From the IMG/VR virus record IMGVR_UViG_3300028797_000106: a DNA stretch of 54,293 nucleotides; one strand, given 5' to 3'. Source of the stretch: a virus (taxonomy: Duplodnaviria; Heunggongvirae; Uroviricota; Caudoviricetes). Under the pieces are notes generated by a model. It had not been told where the DNA came from. It worked only from the letters and a program-made list of their open reading frames with translations, and did not search any database. Made by a program: the position numbers and the translations under genes. Shown one piece after another: positions 18,836-27,614 of this stretch (the stretch's first letter is position 1; each line of letters begins with the position of its first letter).

Positions 18836-18948
18836 AAAAACTAGCCCAAAATTGATGTTTGCCGCCTTAAAATTTTTGAACTGATAAATCCATTTACTGT
18901 TTTTTTTGACGCCCTCAAACATCCTTTTTGCACAAAACTTACTTCTTC

Positions 18949-18995
18949 GGAAAAATTGCCGCTCAACTTAAAAACGGTCAAAACTTTGTTAAATT
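18949..18995 (+). promoter_or_regulatory. Putative middle-type promoter driving the structured RNA
   Basis: GGAAAAATTGCC starts 41 bp before -10 TAAATT (18990), with AAAACTTTG before the -10; A/T tracts upstream. Confidence 0.55.
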
Positions 18996-19001
18996 TGAAA
19001 C

Positions 19002-19316
19002 AAAGAAAAACCTATTGCTGGCTCGGGGTTCAACTCAATGAATTGTCGGATAAGCGTAGGTCGCCGCGGGTTGAGACGAACCGCAGAAATGGCGAATGTC
19101 AGCGAAGTGGAAATTAGCAGTTTTCACACATAGCCGTCACGCGCATTGTGAAATGTAGCCGGAGTACAGGGTGACCGCCCCGTAAGTTCACAAATAAGAC
19201 GAATTACAAAGTCATACGGTTCAGCAGTTAGAAGAAAGAAGATACTGCTGTGGACTGGAGATTTGTAAGTTCCCTACTGGGCTTACTGTCTCCGGTTCTC
19301 AGTTACAGAAAGAAGA
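19002..19316 (+). ncRNA. Putative structured non-coding RNA / long 5' leader of unknown family
   Basis: The only long ORF-free interval in the window. At least six stems can be paired by eye (e.g. 19015-22/19098-105, 19061-65/19091-95, 19222-28/19244-50, 19254-61/19289-96). Confidence 0.5.
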
Positions 19317-19345
19317 ATTTCAATTAACAATAAAGGAAAAACAAC

Positions 19346-20293
19346 ATGCCAGAATTCATACTTCCAACTCTTAAAGGTCTTGACAAGGACTTTTCTGAAA
19401 AACTTATCACAACAGCATGCGAGGAAACCCGCGTTGGACAGAGAGGTCCAGACTGTTATTACCTCGGAATTGTTTGGCTCGGAGCTTGCGCTTACGAGAT
19501 TAAGAAGATGATGCCGATGATTAACGATGATCTTCTTATTGAAAAGACAATTCACGACTTCCTTCAGGTTCACCCGGATCTTGCTATTAAGCAGGGTTCA
19601 GACAAACCTGCCGTGACTGTTGGAAAGGTTCATGACCTTGGACATGATGGACTGGCACTTGTTGAAATGCCGGATCCTACTCCGCAGCCGACATACACAC
19701 CTCCTCCGATGGATTGGAGCAAGGTGACTACCGGTCTTGACGGTACTGACTTTGACATTACGCCTGAAATGATTGAAGAAGCAAAGAAGGATGAAGTCGG
19801 TCTTCGTAACCGTTTGTTCTGCTCTCATTTCTGGAGAGATGTGACTGAAGGCATGACATCTAACATGGACATCAATAACCTTGACCTCAAGGGCTGGAAC
19901 ATTTTCCAGGGCTTCTTCAAAGAAAGCTGGATGTGTCACTTGTGGGATACCCGCACTGGTAATGACGGCGAATGGGAAGAATACAAGGAACGCAGAACTG
20001 AAAACGGCGACCGCTTCCCGATGACTTGGGCAGAATTCTGTGACGGATTGTATGAAGACAACGATCCTGATGCAGAAGAAGATGAATTGCCTGAAAATGT
20101 TGATGATCTTGATGGCATTGATGAAACATGGACGAACCCAAACTGGGTTGGCAAGAAACTCCCGAAAACTGTGGCACAGCGCTATTACATTGCACCTGAT
20201 GAAGTTTGGGGTTTCCTCTCTTGCTGGTTCTTGAGAATCGTTTATGATTCTGCAACCGGTGAAATCATTTGGTGCACAAGCCATCAGGACTAA
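19346..20293 (+). CDS. Two-domain acidic hypothetical protein with Pro-rich linker
   Basis: 315 aa, SD AAGGA, PDPTPQPTYTPPP linker, Trp/Asp/Glu-rich C-terminal domain. Confidence 0.8.
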   Translation: MPEFILPTLKGLDKDFSEKLITTACEETRVGQRGPDCYYLGIVWLGACAYEIKKMMPMINDDLLIEKTIHDFLQVHPDLAIKQGSDKPAVTVGKVHDLGHDGLALVEMPDPTPQPTYTPPPMDWSKVTTGLDGTDFDITPEMIEEAKKDEVGLRNRLFCSHFWRDVTEGMTSNMDINNLDLKGWNIFQGFFKESWMCHLWDTRTGNDGEWEEYKERRTENGDRFPMTWAEFCDGLYEDNDPDAEEDELPENVDDLDGIDETWTNPNWVGKKLPKTVAQRYYIAPDEVWGFLSCWFLRIVYDSATGEIIWCTSHQD

Positions 20294-20294
20294 T

Positions 20295-20510
20295 ATGTTC
20301 TCGAAATTCATTCACACTTTGAACTTTTCCGTAAGCGGAAAGAACTACACAACAAAAATTGAAGATGATTTGACGCATGAAGAATACTTGAAGGTCATTA
20401 ACCGTTGTAAGACAAAGGTTTTTGGCAATACACTTCAGGTAATCTCTTGCGAAACGAAGGAACGAGATGAGCAGGAAACGACTACCACGCCTATTACGCA
20501 ATCTCCGTGA
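20295..20510 (+). CDS. Hypothetical protein
   Basis: ATG 1 nt after the upstream stop; AGGA upstream. Confidence 0.55.
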   Translation: MFSKFIHTLNFSVSGKNYTTKIEDDLTHEEYLKVINRCKTKVFGNTLQVISCETKERDEQETTTTPITQSP

Positions 20511-20910
20511 GGAAGATCGTAAAGCCGGAATCTTACACTTTATTCGTAACCAGGTAACCCCTGAGTTTAAGAAGCATTGTATCTTAATGGGTAACCCACT
20601 GTGGACCCATTTCGCAACAATGACAGTTTATCTGGCTGAACATTATGACGAAATCTTTACACGCGATGAAATTGCGGAATTTAACCGATGTGCGGTACCG
20701 CGTGATTATACCGTAAAGGATATTTCTTCCCGAGCAGATCATGCCTTTGGTCCGCATTACCGCAAGTATTACGGCAACATCATTCAAGACACCGCGTGGT
20801 CTTTACGAGAAACGAACGGATTTGATGATGCCGCATATCAAAGGCTTTTCAAGAAGCTAGATAAGCGTCTGCAGTTGAAACACGAAGGCGAGACGGGGTT
20901 AACAAAATGA
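20467..20910 (+). CDS. Hypothetical protein
   Basis: 147 aa, SD AAGGA. Confidence 0.7.
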   Translation: MSRKRLPRLLRNLREEDRKAGILHFIRNQVTPEFKKHCILMGNPLWTHFATMTVYLAEHYDEIFTRDEIAEFNRCAVPRDYTVKDISSRADHAFGPHYRKYYGNIIQDTAWSLRETNGFDDAAYQRLFKKLDKRLQLKHEGETGLTK

Positions 20911-21347
20911 AGTGTGGTTATCACTTGTATTCTGACCAATGCTGCGTTCTGAATAATCTTATCAGAAAGCGTGTTGAAGACGAAACCACGGATTACATCT
21001 GTAAGGTTGACCCTACATATTCGTGGCATGTTTACTTCATAACCCATGAAATCGCTTTTGACTACAAGAACCAGTTTCCTGAAGAACTTGTAAATAACAT
21101 GCTTGAGGCAGAATGCGAAGGCGGCAACATCAACTATATGTTTTCACCTTTCAAGGTTGTCTTGCGGTGGTTCTTACCAATCTTAACGCCTCTTATCAGA
21201 GAAGTCGCTGAGCGGATATATGAAGAATACCCTGCGCGGTTCAGCTCAGATGAACATTATCACGCAGAAGCGATGAAGATCTGTCAAAAGGCACGCATTA
21301 AATACGAAACCGTTTTAGCAAAACGAAACATCAAGGAGCAACAATGA
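20907..21347 (+). CDS. Hypothetical protein
   Basis: 146 aa, ATGA-coupled. Confidence 0.7.
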   Translation: MKCGYHLYSDQCCVLNNLIRKRVEDETTDYICKVDPTYSWHVYFITHEIAFDYKNQFPEELVNNMLEAECEGGNINYMFSPFKVVLRWFLPILTPLIREVAERIYEEYPARFSSDEHYHAEAMKICQKARIKYETVLAKRNIKEQQ

Positions 21348-21700
21348 TACAAGCCATCATATTTGGTATCACAATCTGGGTAGCTATAATGATCATTCAT
21401 CATTACATGACGGAGGGTCGTTCAAAGAAAGAGCTAGCCGAAAAGAAGAAAAGCAACGCGGATGAAGACCGTCTGTATGTTGCCGTTGAAAATTTCATGG
21501 AGAAGTTCAAGGATGGAAATCCGATTAAGGTTTCGCCGAACTCCGTGTTTATCAGCGACATCCGCTACACAGTCAAGATTGACGCCAACACCAAGCCGTG
21601 TAAGTGCACAATCTTTGATGAAAACGGTGTTCAGATTTTCTCCGGCGCATCTTCTATGTGCATGGTGATTATCCGCAACTTTATGAATAAAATTTCGTAA
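21344..21700 (+). CDS. Membrane-anchored hypothetical protein
   Basis: N-terminal TM helix MIQAIIFGITIWVAIMII; SD AGGAG. Confidence 0.7.
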   Translation: MIQAIIFGITIWVAIMIIHHYMTEGRSKKELAEKKKSNADEDRLYVAVENFMEKFKDGNPIKVSPNSVFISDIRYTVKIDANTKPCKCTIFDENGVQIFSGASSMCMVIIRNFMNKIS

Positions 21701-21706
21701 AGACTA

Positions 21707-21735
21707 TTGCATTTCATCTGAAACTTTTGTAAATT
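21707..21735 (+). promoter_or_regulatory. sigma70-like promoter
   Basis: TTGCAT-17 bp-TAAATT. Confidence 0.55.
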
Positions 21736-21741
21736 GAAAAT

Positions 21742-21819
21742 ATGTTATCGAGTATAGTCATAGGCGGCATCATCCTTTGGGTTGTTGCCGTCGTGTTTTT
21801 CATGGTAAAGAAATTATGA
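21742..21819 (+). CDS. 25 aa single-TM micropeptide, probably leaderless (not in the ORF track)
   Basis: MLSSIVIGGIILWVVAVVFFMVKKL*; the ATG is at the predicted TSS and the stop overlaps the next ATG (ATGA). Confidence 0.5.
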   Translation: MLSSIVIGGIILWVVAVVFFMVKKL

Positions 21820-22094
21820 AAGTTGAATGGTATGTAATTTTCAACATGCATGGCTTTCAGTCTTTTATGTGTAAACCTACCAAGGATGAAGTTTGTCATC
21901 CTTCAACTGTGGTTTTTTATAAGTGGCAAAATAAAGGTGATGAAATTGCTTATCACCTTCCAATGTTCAAATGGTCAGTGACGCCAACCGATCTCGTGAC
22001 CTTTCCAAATGAATATGTTGCCGAGGTTGTAGCGCAGAAATACACAAAAGACAGAGGTTGTGGTTACCAAATCGCTTACACATTTTCCAACTAA
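21816..22094 (+). CDS. Hypothetical protein
   Basis: ATG 21816 is coupled to the micropeptide stop. Confidence 0.65.
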   Translation: MKVEWYVIFNMHGFQSFMCKPTKDEVCHPSTVVFYKWQNKGDEIAYHLPMFKWSVTPTDLVTFPNEYVAEVVAQKYTKDRGCGYQIAYTFSN

Positions 22095-22151
22095 TAAATA
22101 ATTATAGTGGACAGGTGTGAATGATTGTATGATTATTCAAAGGAGGAAGAA

Positions 22152-22385
22152 ATGAGTCCTTGGGAAAAACGACATCAGTTTATGCTTGACCAAGTTGAGG
22201 AAATGAAAAAGCACAAGTGGATTGAGTCTGAAAAGGCTGCCCGCGACATGGGAGAAGAGGCCCTCTTTGATTGGATAAATAAATGGGCCAAGGAATTCCG
22301 TGAGCAATGGGAAGCAGAACACGGTCCAGTTGACGAAGGTTTGGCAGAACGCAAAGAGGAGAACAATGGATACTACCCTTTCTGA
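22152..22385 (+). CDS. Stand-alone DUF4032-like helical domain protein
   Basis: QVEEMKKHKWIESEKAARDMGEEALFDWINKW matches the DUF4032 HKW.xSExxGxD.G..A..DW pattern. SD AGGAGG (alternative TTG start at 22125). Confidence 0.6.
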   Translation: MSPWEKRHQFMLDQVEEMKKHKWIESEKAARDMGEEALFDWINKWAKEFREQWEAEHGPVDEGLAERKEENNGYYPF

Positions 22386-22833
22386 AGCAATTAAGATTGA
22401 AGGCTTTGACGCTGAAACACAACATGCTTTTGATAAACTAGCCGGCTACTTTGCCGTCTTCAAGTCAAGGGCAAATCCGAACAGTCCAAGATACATCACA
22501 AAGCTCAACCAATTCCAGTTGAAGTTCATGGAGTTTTTGGACAAGGCAACATCCGAAAAAGGTAAGTTGCAGATAAGAGGCTATGTAACTGAAATTCAGC
22601 GTCTTGTGAATTCATCTGATGCTCCTGTAGAAAAACCAACAGTTGTAGCCGGAGGCAAAGTCGTGGATTTAGACAAGCGTAGAAAAGGCGCAAGAAGTTC
22701 AGGCGTTGAATATGCAAACCCGAATAACGGCGGCGAGTATTGGGACGGTGATGTTCATGTTTATGAAGCACCGGCCGATGAAGATGACGCCGTTGAAACC
22801 TTGAGAAAAGCAGGGTTTACCGTTTCCAAGTAA
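22366..22833 (+). CDS. Hypothetical protein
   Basis: SD GAGGAG before ATG 22366. Confidence 0.7.
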   Translation: MDTTLSEAIKIEGFDAETQHAFDKLAGYFAVFKSRANPNSPRYITKLNQFQLKFMEFLDKATSEKGKLQIRGYVTEIQRLVNSSDAPVEKPTVVAGGKVVDLDKRRKGARSSGVEYANPNNGGEYWDGDVHVYEAPADEDDAVETLRKAGFTVSK

Positions 22834-22855
22834 TTTGGTTGAACAACATTTTATG

Positions 22856-22884
22856 AAACAGCAAACTTCGGTTTGCTGTTTTTG
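22856..22884 (+). terminator. Intrinsic terminator with cUUCGg tetraloop
   Basis: AAACAGCAAAC-TTCG-GTTTGCTGTTT followed by TTT. Confidence 0.85.
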
Positions 22885-22899
22885 TTTTCTGGAGATAAA

Positions 22900-23406
22900 A
22901 TGAACTTAGAATTCTATACATTTCTTGCGAATGTAAAAGACATAACTGGAATAAGATATGGCGGTAATCATCAGGTTGAACGAGGATATTTTGACCCGAT
23001 GCGAAAGTATTCTCGTTGGACCACTGAATGGCGCTGGAAATCAGATGCCCACAAAACATGGTGGCATAACATAGAAGCAGGCCTGTCATATTACAGAACG
23101 TCTTGTGAAATGTACTTTTATAACAAGAAGTATAACAACAAGATGATGGACTATCTTTGGACCGCAATGGGTCTTGATGCTCTTACGAAAGACACGCTTG
23201 ACCGTTTCGGTCGTGATGTTAAGTACCGCGACCTCTTCTTGAACGAGATGCTCAAAGAAGGAGAAAAGCTCTATCACAGAGCAAAGGCAGAAACCAGCGG
23301 CAAATGGTATGCCGACCCAAGTGACGCTTGGAAGGCATTCTTTGAACGAAATATTCCAGTCGCAGTAAAGAAGGTTAAACTTAAACTTGAAGGATCATCA
23401 CTATGA
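22900..23406 (+). CDS. Hypothetical protein
   Basis: SD GGAG before ATG 22900. Confidence 0.7.
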   Translation: MNLEFYTFLANVKDITGIRYGGNHQVERGYFDPMRKYSRWTTEWRWKSDAHKTWWHNIEAGLSYYRTSCEMYFYNKKYNNKMMDYLWTAMGLDALTKDTLDRFGRDVKYRDLFLNEMLKEGEKLYHRAKAETSGKWYADPSDAWKAFFERNIPVAVKKVKLKLEGSSL

Positions 23407-23891
23407 AAAACTCACGAGGACAATGGGCTGGACCTGGCATAAAGTTCAAGTATGAAGAAAGGATCCCGCCGCACTTTTTATTGCCGTCTAATTTTAATGA
23501 CATAGATGAAAATCGTCAAGAAGCGATTGTTCAACATCTTCTAAATATATTTCCGTGGAGAGCGGAAGCTGAAGAAAGAATGAAGAAATCATTTTTACTT
23601 AATGATGTTGCATGGATGATTGTCCAAGAAGGCGGCAAGAAATCATATGTTCGTCAAAATGATGAAAAGTTCATGACCGAATTCTTTTATTCAAATTTGG
23701 CTCGTGTATCGTTAAACCGTATTGACATTGTAAAGGCTGATCTTGAAAAGATTTTGAAAGATTCTCGTTCATGGGAGATTGTCGCTTTTCATACTGACCC
23801 ATCAGGTGCTGCACATGACTATCAAGTAGCACAATGGCAAAAGCTCATCAAGCGTGAAGAACTATACTTAGAAAAGGAAGGCATATTATGA
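23403..23891 (+). CDS. Hypothetical protein
   Basis: 162 aa, ATGA-coupled. Confidence 0.7.
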   Translation: MKNSRGQWAGPGIKFKYEERIPPHFLLPSNFNDIDENRQEAIVQHLLNIFPWRAEAEERMKKSFLLNDVAWMIVQEGGKKSYVRQNDEKFMTEFFYSNLARVSLNRIDIVKADLEKILKDSRSWEIVAFHTDPSGAAHDYQVAQWQKLIKREELYLEKEGIL

Positions 23892-24280
23892 TCATTTATG
23901 GTATTGATGCAATTCGTTCCGATATGCGTCATCGCTTTAATGAAATGACATTTAAGGAGAGTGATGGTTTTCGCTCTTTCATGAATGTTGTATCGGTCGT
24001 GTATTATGACCTCAATGTTGGCTCAGTTCCAGGCGAGACAGCCAAGTTCTTGGTTGACCAACTTGCAAGAGCCTACGAAGATGTAAAGAAGTTGAAGACA
24101 AAGCAAGAAAAGCTTGATGCGACAAATGCGCTGGCCCGTAAGGTATTTGGAGCCTTGGCGATTAAGAATGAATGTGAATTTGAAAAGATGAGAATGAAAA
24201 ACGCCGAAAAGATGCAAGAACGACCGCCAAAGCAAGGTCGTGTCGTGTTTTTCAGTGGCGGACACAATTATACATTCTAG
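23888..24280 (+). CDS. Hypothetical protein
   Basis: 130 aa, coupled. Confidence 0.7.
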   Translation: MIIYGIDAIRSDMRHRFNEMTFKESDGFRSFMNVVSVVYYDLNVGSVPGETAKFLVDQLARAYEDVKKLKTKQEKLDATNALARKVFGALAIKNECEFEKMRMKNAEKMQERPPKQGRVVFFSGGHNYTF

Positions 24281-24296
24281 CTGAATAAATAGCAAT

Positions 24297-24614
24297 ATGA
24301 ATGGATTTGATGTAAAAGATTTAATCAAAAAGAAAGATCTTGATGACCCTGAGTGGTTTCACAGCGAAGAAAGGATAGCAACGCTTATCCGAAACTCAGC
24401 AAAGGCACAAGGGATTAGACTTAGAGCACCTAACCCAAATTGTAAGAAGTGCCATGGAAGAGGATGGACTGCTCTTAACGCAGTGACTGGCGACCCGGTT
24501 GTCTGCCGTTGTATTTTCTATCCCGAAGACTTAGAAAACCGTGATGAAATACCAGAGGAGGATCGTAAGCCGCGAAATCGTGCAGAGCGAAGAAAAAAAT
24601 CGAGATGCAAATGA
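24297..24614 (+). CDS. Zinc-ribbon protein
   Basis: CKKCHGRGW..VCRC; an AATAAATA late-like element 5 nt upstream. Confidence 0.65.
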   Translation: MNGFDVKDLIKKKDLDDPEWFHSEERIATLIRNSAKAQGIRLRAPNPNCKKCHGRGWTALNAVTGDPVVCRCIFYPEDLENRDEIPEEDRKPRNRAERRKKSRCK

Positions 24615-24638
24615 TTTTGTGAAAAACTGAATTATATT
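24591..24638 (+). promoter_or_regulatory. Putative middle-type promoter for the clamp loader
   Basis: AGAAAAAAAT 42 bp before -10 TATATT (24633); GAAAAACT before the -10. Confidence 0.4.
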
Positions 24639-24663
24639 TTGTTAAAAAAAATAGGAGATAAGA

Positions 24664-25599
24664 ATGTCAAGTATTAACTCAGGTCTATGGGTGGAACGCT
24701 ATCGTCCGAAGTCTGTCGCACATCTCGTGTTGCCTGCTGACTTCAAGCGATTTTTCAAAAAGGTACTAGCCGACGAAGAAATTCCGAATCTTTTGCTTCA
24801 CTCGCCGACAGCAGGTACTGGAAAGACAAGTATCGCAAAAGCCATCGTGAACGACTTGGAAGCAGATTACATTTACATCAATGCTTCTTCGGAAAACTCA
24901 ATTGACACTTTGAGAAATCAGATTGCTGGCTTTGCACAAACAATGAGCTTCACTGGCAAGAAAAAGATTGTCATTTTGGACGAAGCGGATGGTTTGACCC
25001 CGCAGTTCCAGAAAGCTCTTCGTGCATACATGGAAGAATTTGCAGCAAACTGCCGTTTCATTCTGACTTGTAATTTCTTGGAAAAGATCATTGACCCGCT
25101 TCGTCAAGGAAGAACGATGGTGTTTGACTTTGACATGGCTAAATATCGAGAAGAACTCTTCCCTCAAGTTGTTTCACGAGTGGAAGGTATCTTGAAGATG
25201 GAACAAGTGCCATTCAGCCATGACGGTGTCTGTAAGATTGTTGAAAAGACATACCCAAGTATTCGTAAGGCAATTTCATTTGTTCAGCAGTATGCCGAAA
25301 CACATGGTGAGATTGATGAAAACGCTGTTCCGAAGGACCAGGGCGTTGAATTGGTCAAGTTCTTGATGGAAGCAAAACCGAATGTGACAGGCGCAAGAGC
25401 ATACATTGAAAACGAAGGTCTTTCATATACCGATGTATTCCACGGATTGTTCAAGCACTTTATCCCGATTTGTTCAGCACCGGCTCAGGCAACGATTACA
25501 CTGGCTGCATACGAAGCACAAGCAGGCACATCAGCAGACCCGACATTGCAAGTCGCTGCTGCACTGTATGAAATGTGCAAGTTCATTAAGAGGGCATAA
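24664..25599 (+). CDS. gp44: Clamp loader large subunit (T4 gp44 / RFC-like AAA+)
   Basis: LWVERYRP, GTGKTS, ILDEADGLT, FILTCN, SIRKAI. Confidence 0.93.
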   Translation: MSSINSGLWVERYRPKSVAHLVLPADFKRFFKKVLADEEIPNLLLHSPTAGTGKTSIAKAIVNDLEADYIYINASSENSIDTLRNQIAGFAQTMSFTGKKKIVILDEADGLTPQFQKALRAYMEEFAANCRFILTCNFLEKIIDPLRQGRTMVFDFDMAKYREELFPQVVSRVEGILKMEQVPFSHDGVCKIVEKTYPSIRKAISFVQQYAETHGEIDENAVPKDQGVELVKFLMEAKPNVTGARAYIENEGLSYTDVFHGLFKHFIPICSAPAQATITLAAYEAQAGTSADPTLQVAAALYEMCKFIKRA

Positions 25600-26273
25600 T
25601 GTTTGATACTCAGAAAATCTCGTTTGATGATTTTGCATTCGGCTACAAGCACGGCGTGTATGTATTCGTCAAGGATGCGTGTGACTGGTGTAAGAGATAC
25701 AAACAAGAGATTGAGTACATCAATAACCACTATCTGTATGTTGTTGAAGTAGCAACAGCCAAGCAAGAAGAATTGCTTGATAAGATCCTTGCTCGCCAGA
25801 CCGCATTCCCGATTACCGTCGGCTATGTGGACAATGTTATCAAGTTTGCGAAAACTGGTGTTCAGTGGGAAGAGCAACAGGCAAAGGAAATCATACCGTT
25901 CTTAAAGCAGTTCGGCGATGTGCCTTTGTCCGACTCAGAAATTCAGCGCAGACTTGAAAAGCAGCGAAACAGATGCATGTTGACCTATTATATTTTTCCG
26001 TCAAATGTAACTGATGAGGAAAGAAAAGAATGGGTCGAGAAAAAGTGTGCATCTTTCAATGAATTGCCGATTGACATTTCAACAGTTGGCATTGGATTGA
26101 GCGAAGACGAAAGAGAACGCATGCTTGAAAGCCAATACACTTCTGCAAAGATGGTGGTATTTAAGAAGGGTGAACATTCAACGCTTGCTCCGTTTGAAAA
26201 TAAGATTATGTTGGGCTACGCGATTGCGAACCAAGAAGTGAAATTCATAACTAGGAACATTACTGAAGAATGA
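25599..26273 (+). CDS. Thioredoxin-fold (CxxC) protein with C-terminal extra domain
   Basis: YVFVKDACDWCKRYK and a cis-Pro-like AFPIT segment. Confidence 0.55.
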   Translation: MFDTQKISFDDFAFGYKHGVYVFVKDACDWCKRYKQEIEYINNHYLYVVEVATAKQEELLDKILARQTAFPITVGYVDNVIKFAKTGVQWEEQQAKEIIPFLKQFGDVPLSDSEIQRRLEKQRNRCMLTYYIFPSNVTDEERKEWVEKKCASFNELPIDISTVGIGLSEDERERMLESQYTSAKMVVFKKGEHSTLAPFENKIMLGYAIANQEVKFITRNITEE

Positions 26274-26431
26274 AAAAGAAAGAACTAATTGCCTTGTTGG
26301 CTGATAAACCTGACGAATCTGAAGTATTCTTTTCATTTGACGATTCGTATAATTCAGTCTATAAGATGGGAATCAAAAGAGTCAGGGTAAACGATAAAAA
26401 CCAAATCATACTGGATAACGAAGATGATTGA
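26270..26431 (+). CDS. 53 aa hypothetical protein (not in the ORF track)
   Basis: MKKKELIALLADKPDESEVFF...; overlaps both neighbours. Confidence 0.55.
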   Translation: MKKKELIALLADKPDESEVFFSFDDSYNSVYKMGIKRVRVNDKNQIILDNEDD

Positions 26432-27614
26432 GATACAAGGAAAATATAACACTGCGGTTGTCTATTCAGACACTGTTGAGCCGGTCGCATATTCTCAGAT
26501 CTTGAATATGATGTGCCAAATTTGGGCTAAGAATAGCCAAGTCAAGCTCATGCCTGATGTTCATGCAGGCAAAGGATGCACAGTTGGAACCACAATGACT
26601 ATCGTGGACAAGGTCGTGCCTAACCTAGTAGGCGTAGACATTGGCTGCGGTATGCTTGTCGCTAAGGTCAAGCCAAAGGGACACATTGAATTTGGGCAAC
26701 TGGACAAGTTAATTAAGGAGAAGATCCCATCTGGCAAGGAACACCGTGCCAACAAGCACTCCTATGCCAAGGACTTTGAACAGTTTGACGATTTGATTGC
26801 AGATGTCAAGCGTGAAGAATTGCTGTCCATCGGTTCACTCGGTGGCGGTAATCATTTCATTGAACTTGACAAGGACGAGGGAGGCAACTACTACCTCGTT
26901 ATTCACAGCGGTAGCCGTCATTTGGGCGTTGCTGTTTGTGAATACTGGCAGAACCGTGCCATCAAGGAATGCAAACAAAAGACTGAAGAAAGAGGTCAAC
27001 TCGTAGCCAAGTATAAGGCACAAGGAAAGAACGACGCAGAAATCAAAGAGCTGCTTAAGGACTATGACCACTTCTCAGTTCCAAATGAACTTGCATATCT
27101 GACTGGCGAGTCAATGGAAGGCTACTTGCATGACATGGCTATCACACAGGAATTTGCTGTGCAGAACCGTGCTGCGATGCTTAATGAAATTGTCAAGGGT
27201 ATGAACTGGAAGGTTGAAGAAAAGTTTGAGACCATTCATAATTACATTGACTTGAAGAATATGATTTTGAGAAAAGGCTCAGTCTCAGCACAGAACGGAG
27301 AACGCCTGATTATCCCAATGAACATGCGTGATGGCTCGCTCATCTGTGTGGGTAAGGGAAATCCTGACTGGAATTATTCAGCTCCGCACGGTGCTGGCCG
27401 TTTGATGAGCCGCGCTGACGCAAAGAACAGCATCTCGATGAAAGATTACAAGGAAGCCATGAAAGGCATATATACAACATGTGTTTCATCGGCAACCGTT
27501 GATGAAAGCCCAATGGCCTATAAGCCAATGGATGAAATCATCAAGAACATTGAACCGACCTGCACGATTGAAAAGATCATCAAGCCGGTTTATAACTTTA
27601 AGGCAGCATTCTAA
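26424..27614 (+). CDS. rtcB: RtcB RNA ligase (3'-phosphate/5'-OH)
   Basis: MPDVHAGKGC, VGVDIGCGM, GSLGGGNHFIE, IHSGSR, HNY, RKG, SAPHGAGR, DESPMAYK. Confidence 0.96.
   Translation: MIEIQGKYNTAVVYSDTVEPVAYSQILNMMCQIWAKNSQVKLMPDVHAGKGCTVGTTMTIVDKVVPNLVGVDIGCGMLVAKVKPKGHIEFGQLDKLIKEKIPSGKEHRANKHSYAKDFEQFDDLIADVKREELLSIGSLGGGNHFIELDKDEGGNYYLVIHSGSRHLGVAVCEYWQNRAIKECKQKTEERGQLVAKYKAQGKNDAEIKELLKDYDHFSVPNELAYLTGESMEGYLHDMAITQEFAVQNRAAMLNEIVKGMNWKVEEKFETIHNYIDLKNMILRKGSVSAQNGERLIIPMNMRDGSLICVGKGNPDWNYSAPHGAGRLMSRADAKNSISMKDYKEAMKGIYTTCVSSATVDESPMAYKPMDEIIKNIEPTCTIEKIIKPVYNFKAAF

Noticed and set aside
19002-19316. tRNA, tmRNA or group I intron interpretation of the structured region
   Set aside because: GGTTCAACTC resembles a T-loop but has no paired T-stem or cloverleaf. 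The GTTCAGCAGTTAGAAG/AAGATACTGCTG pair resembles R/S elements but lacks room for P8/P3, and there are no flanking exons.
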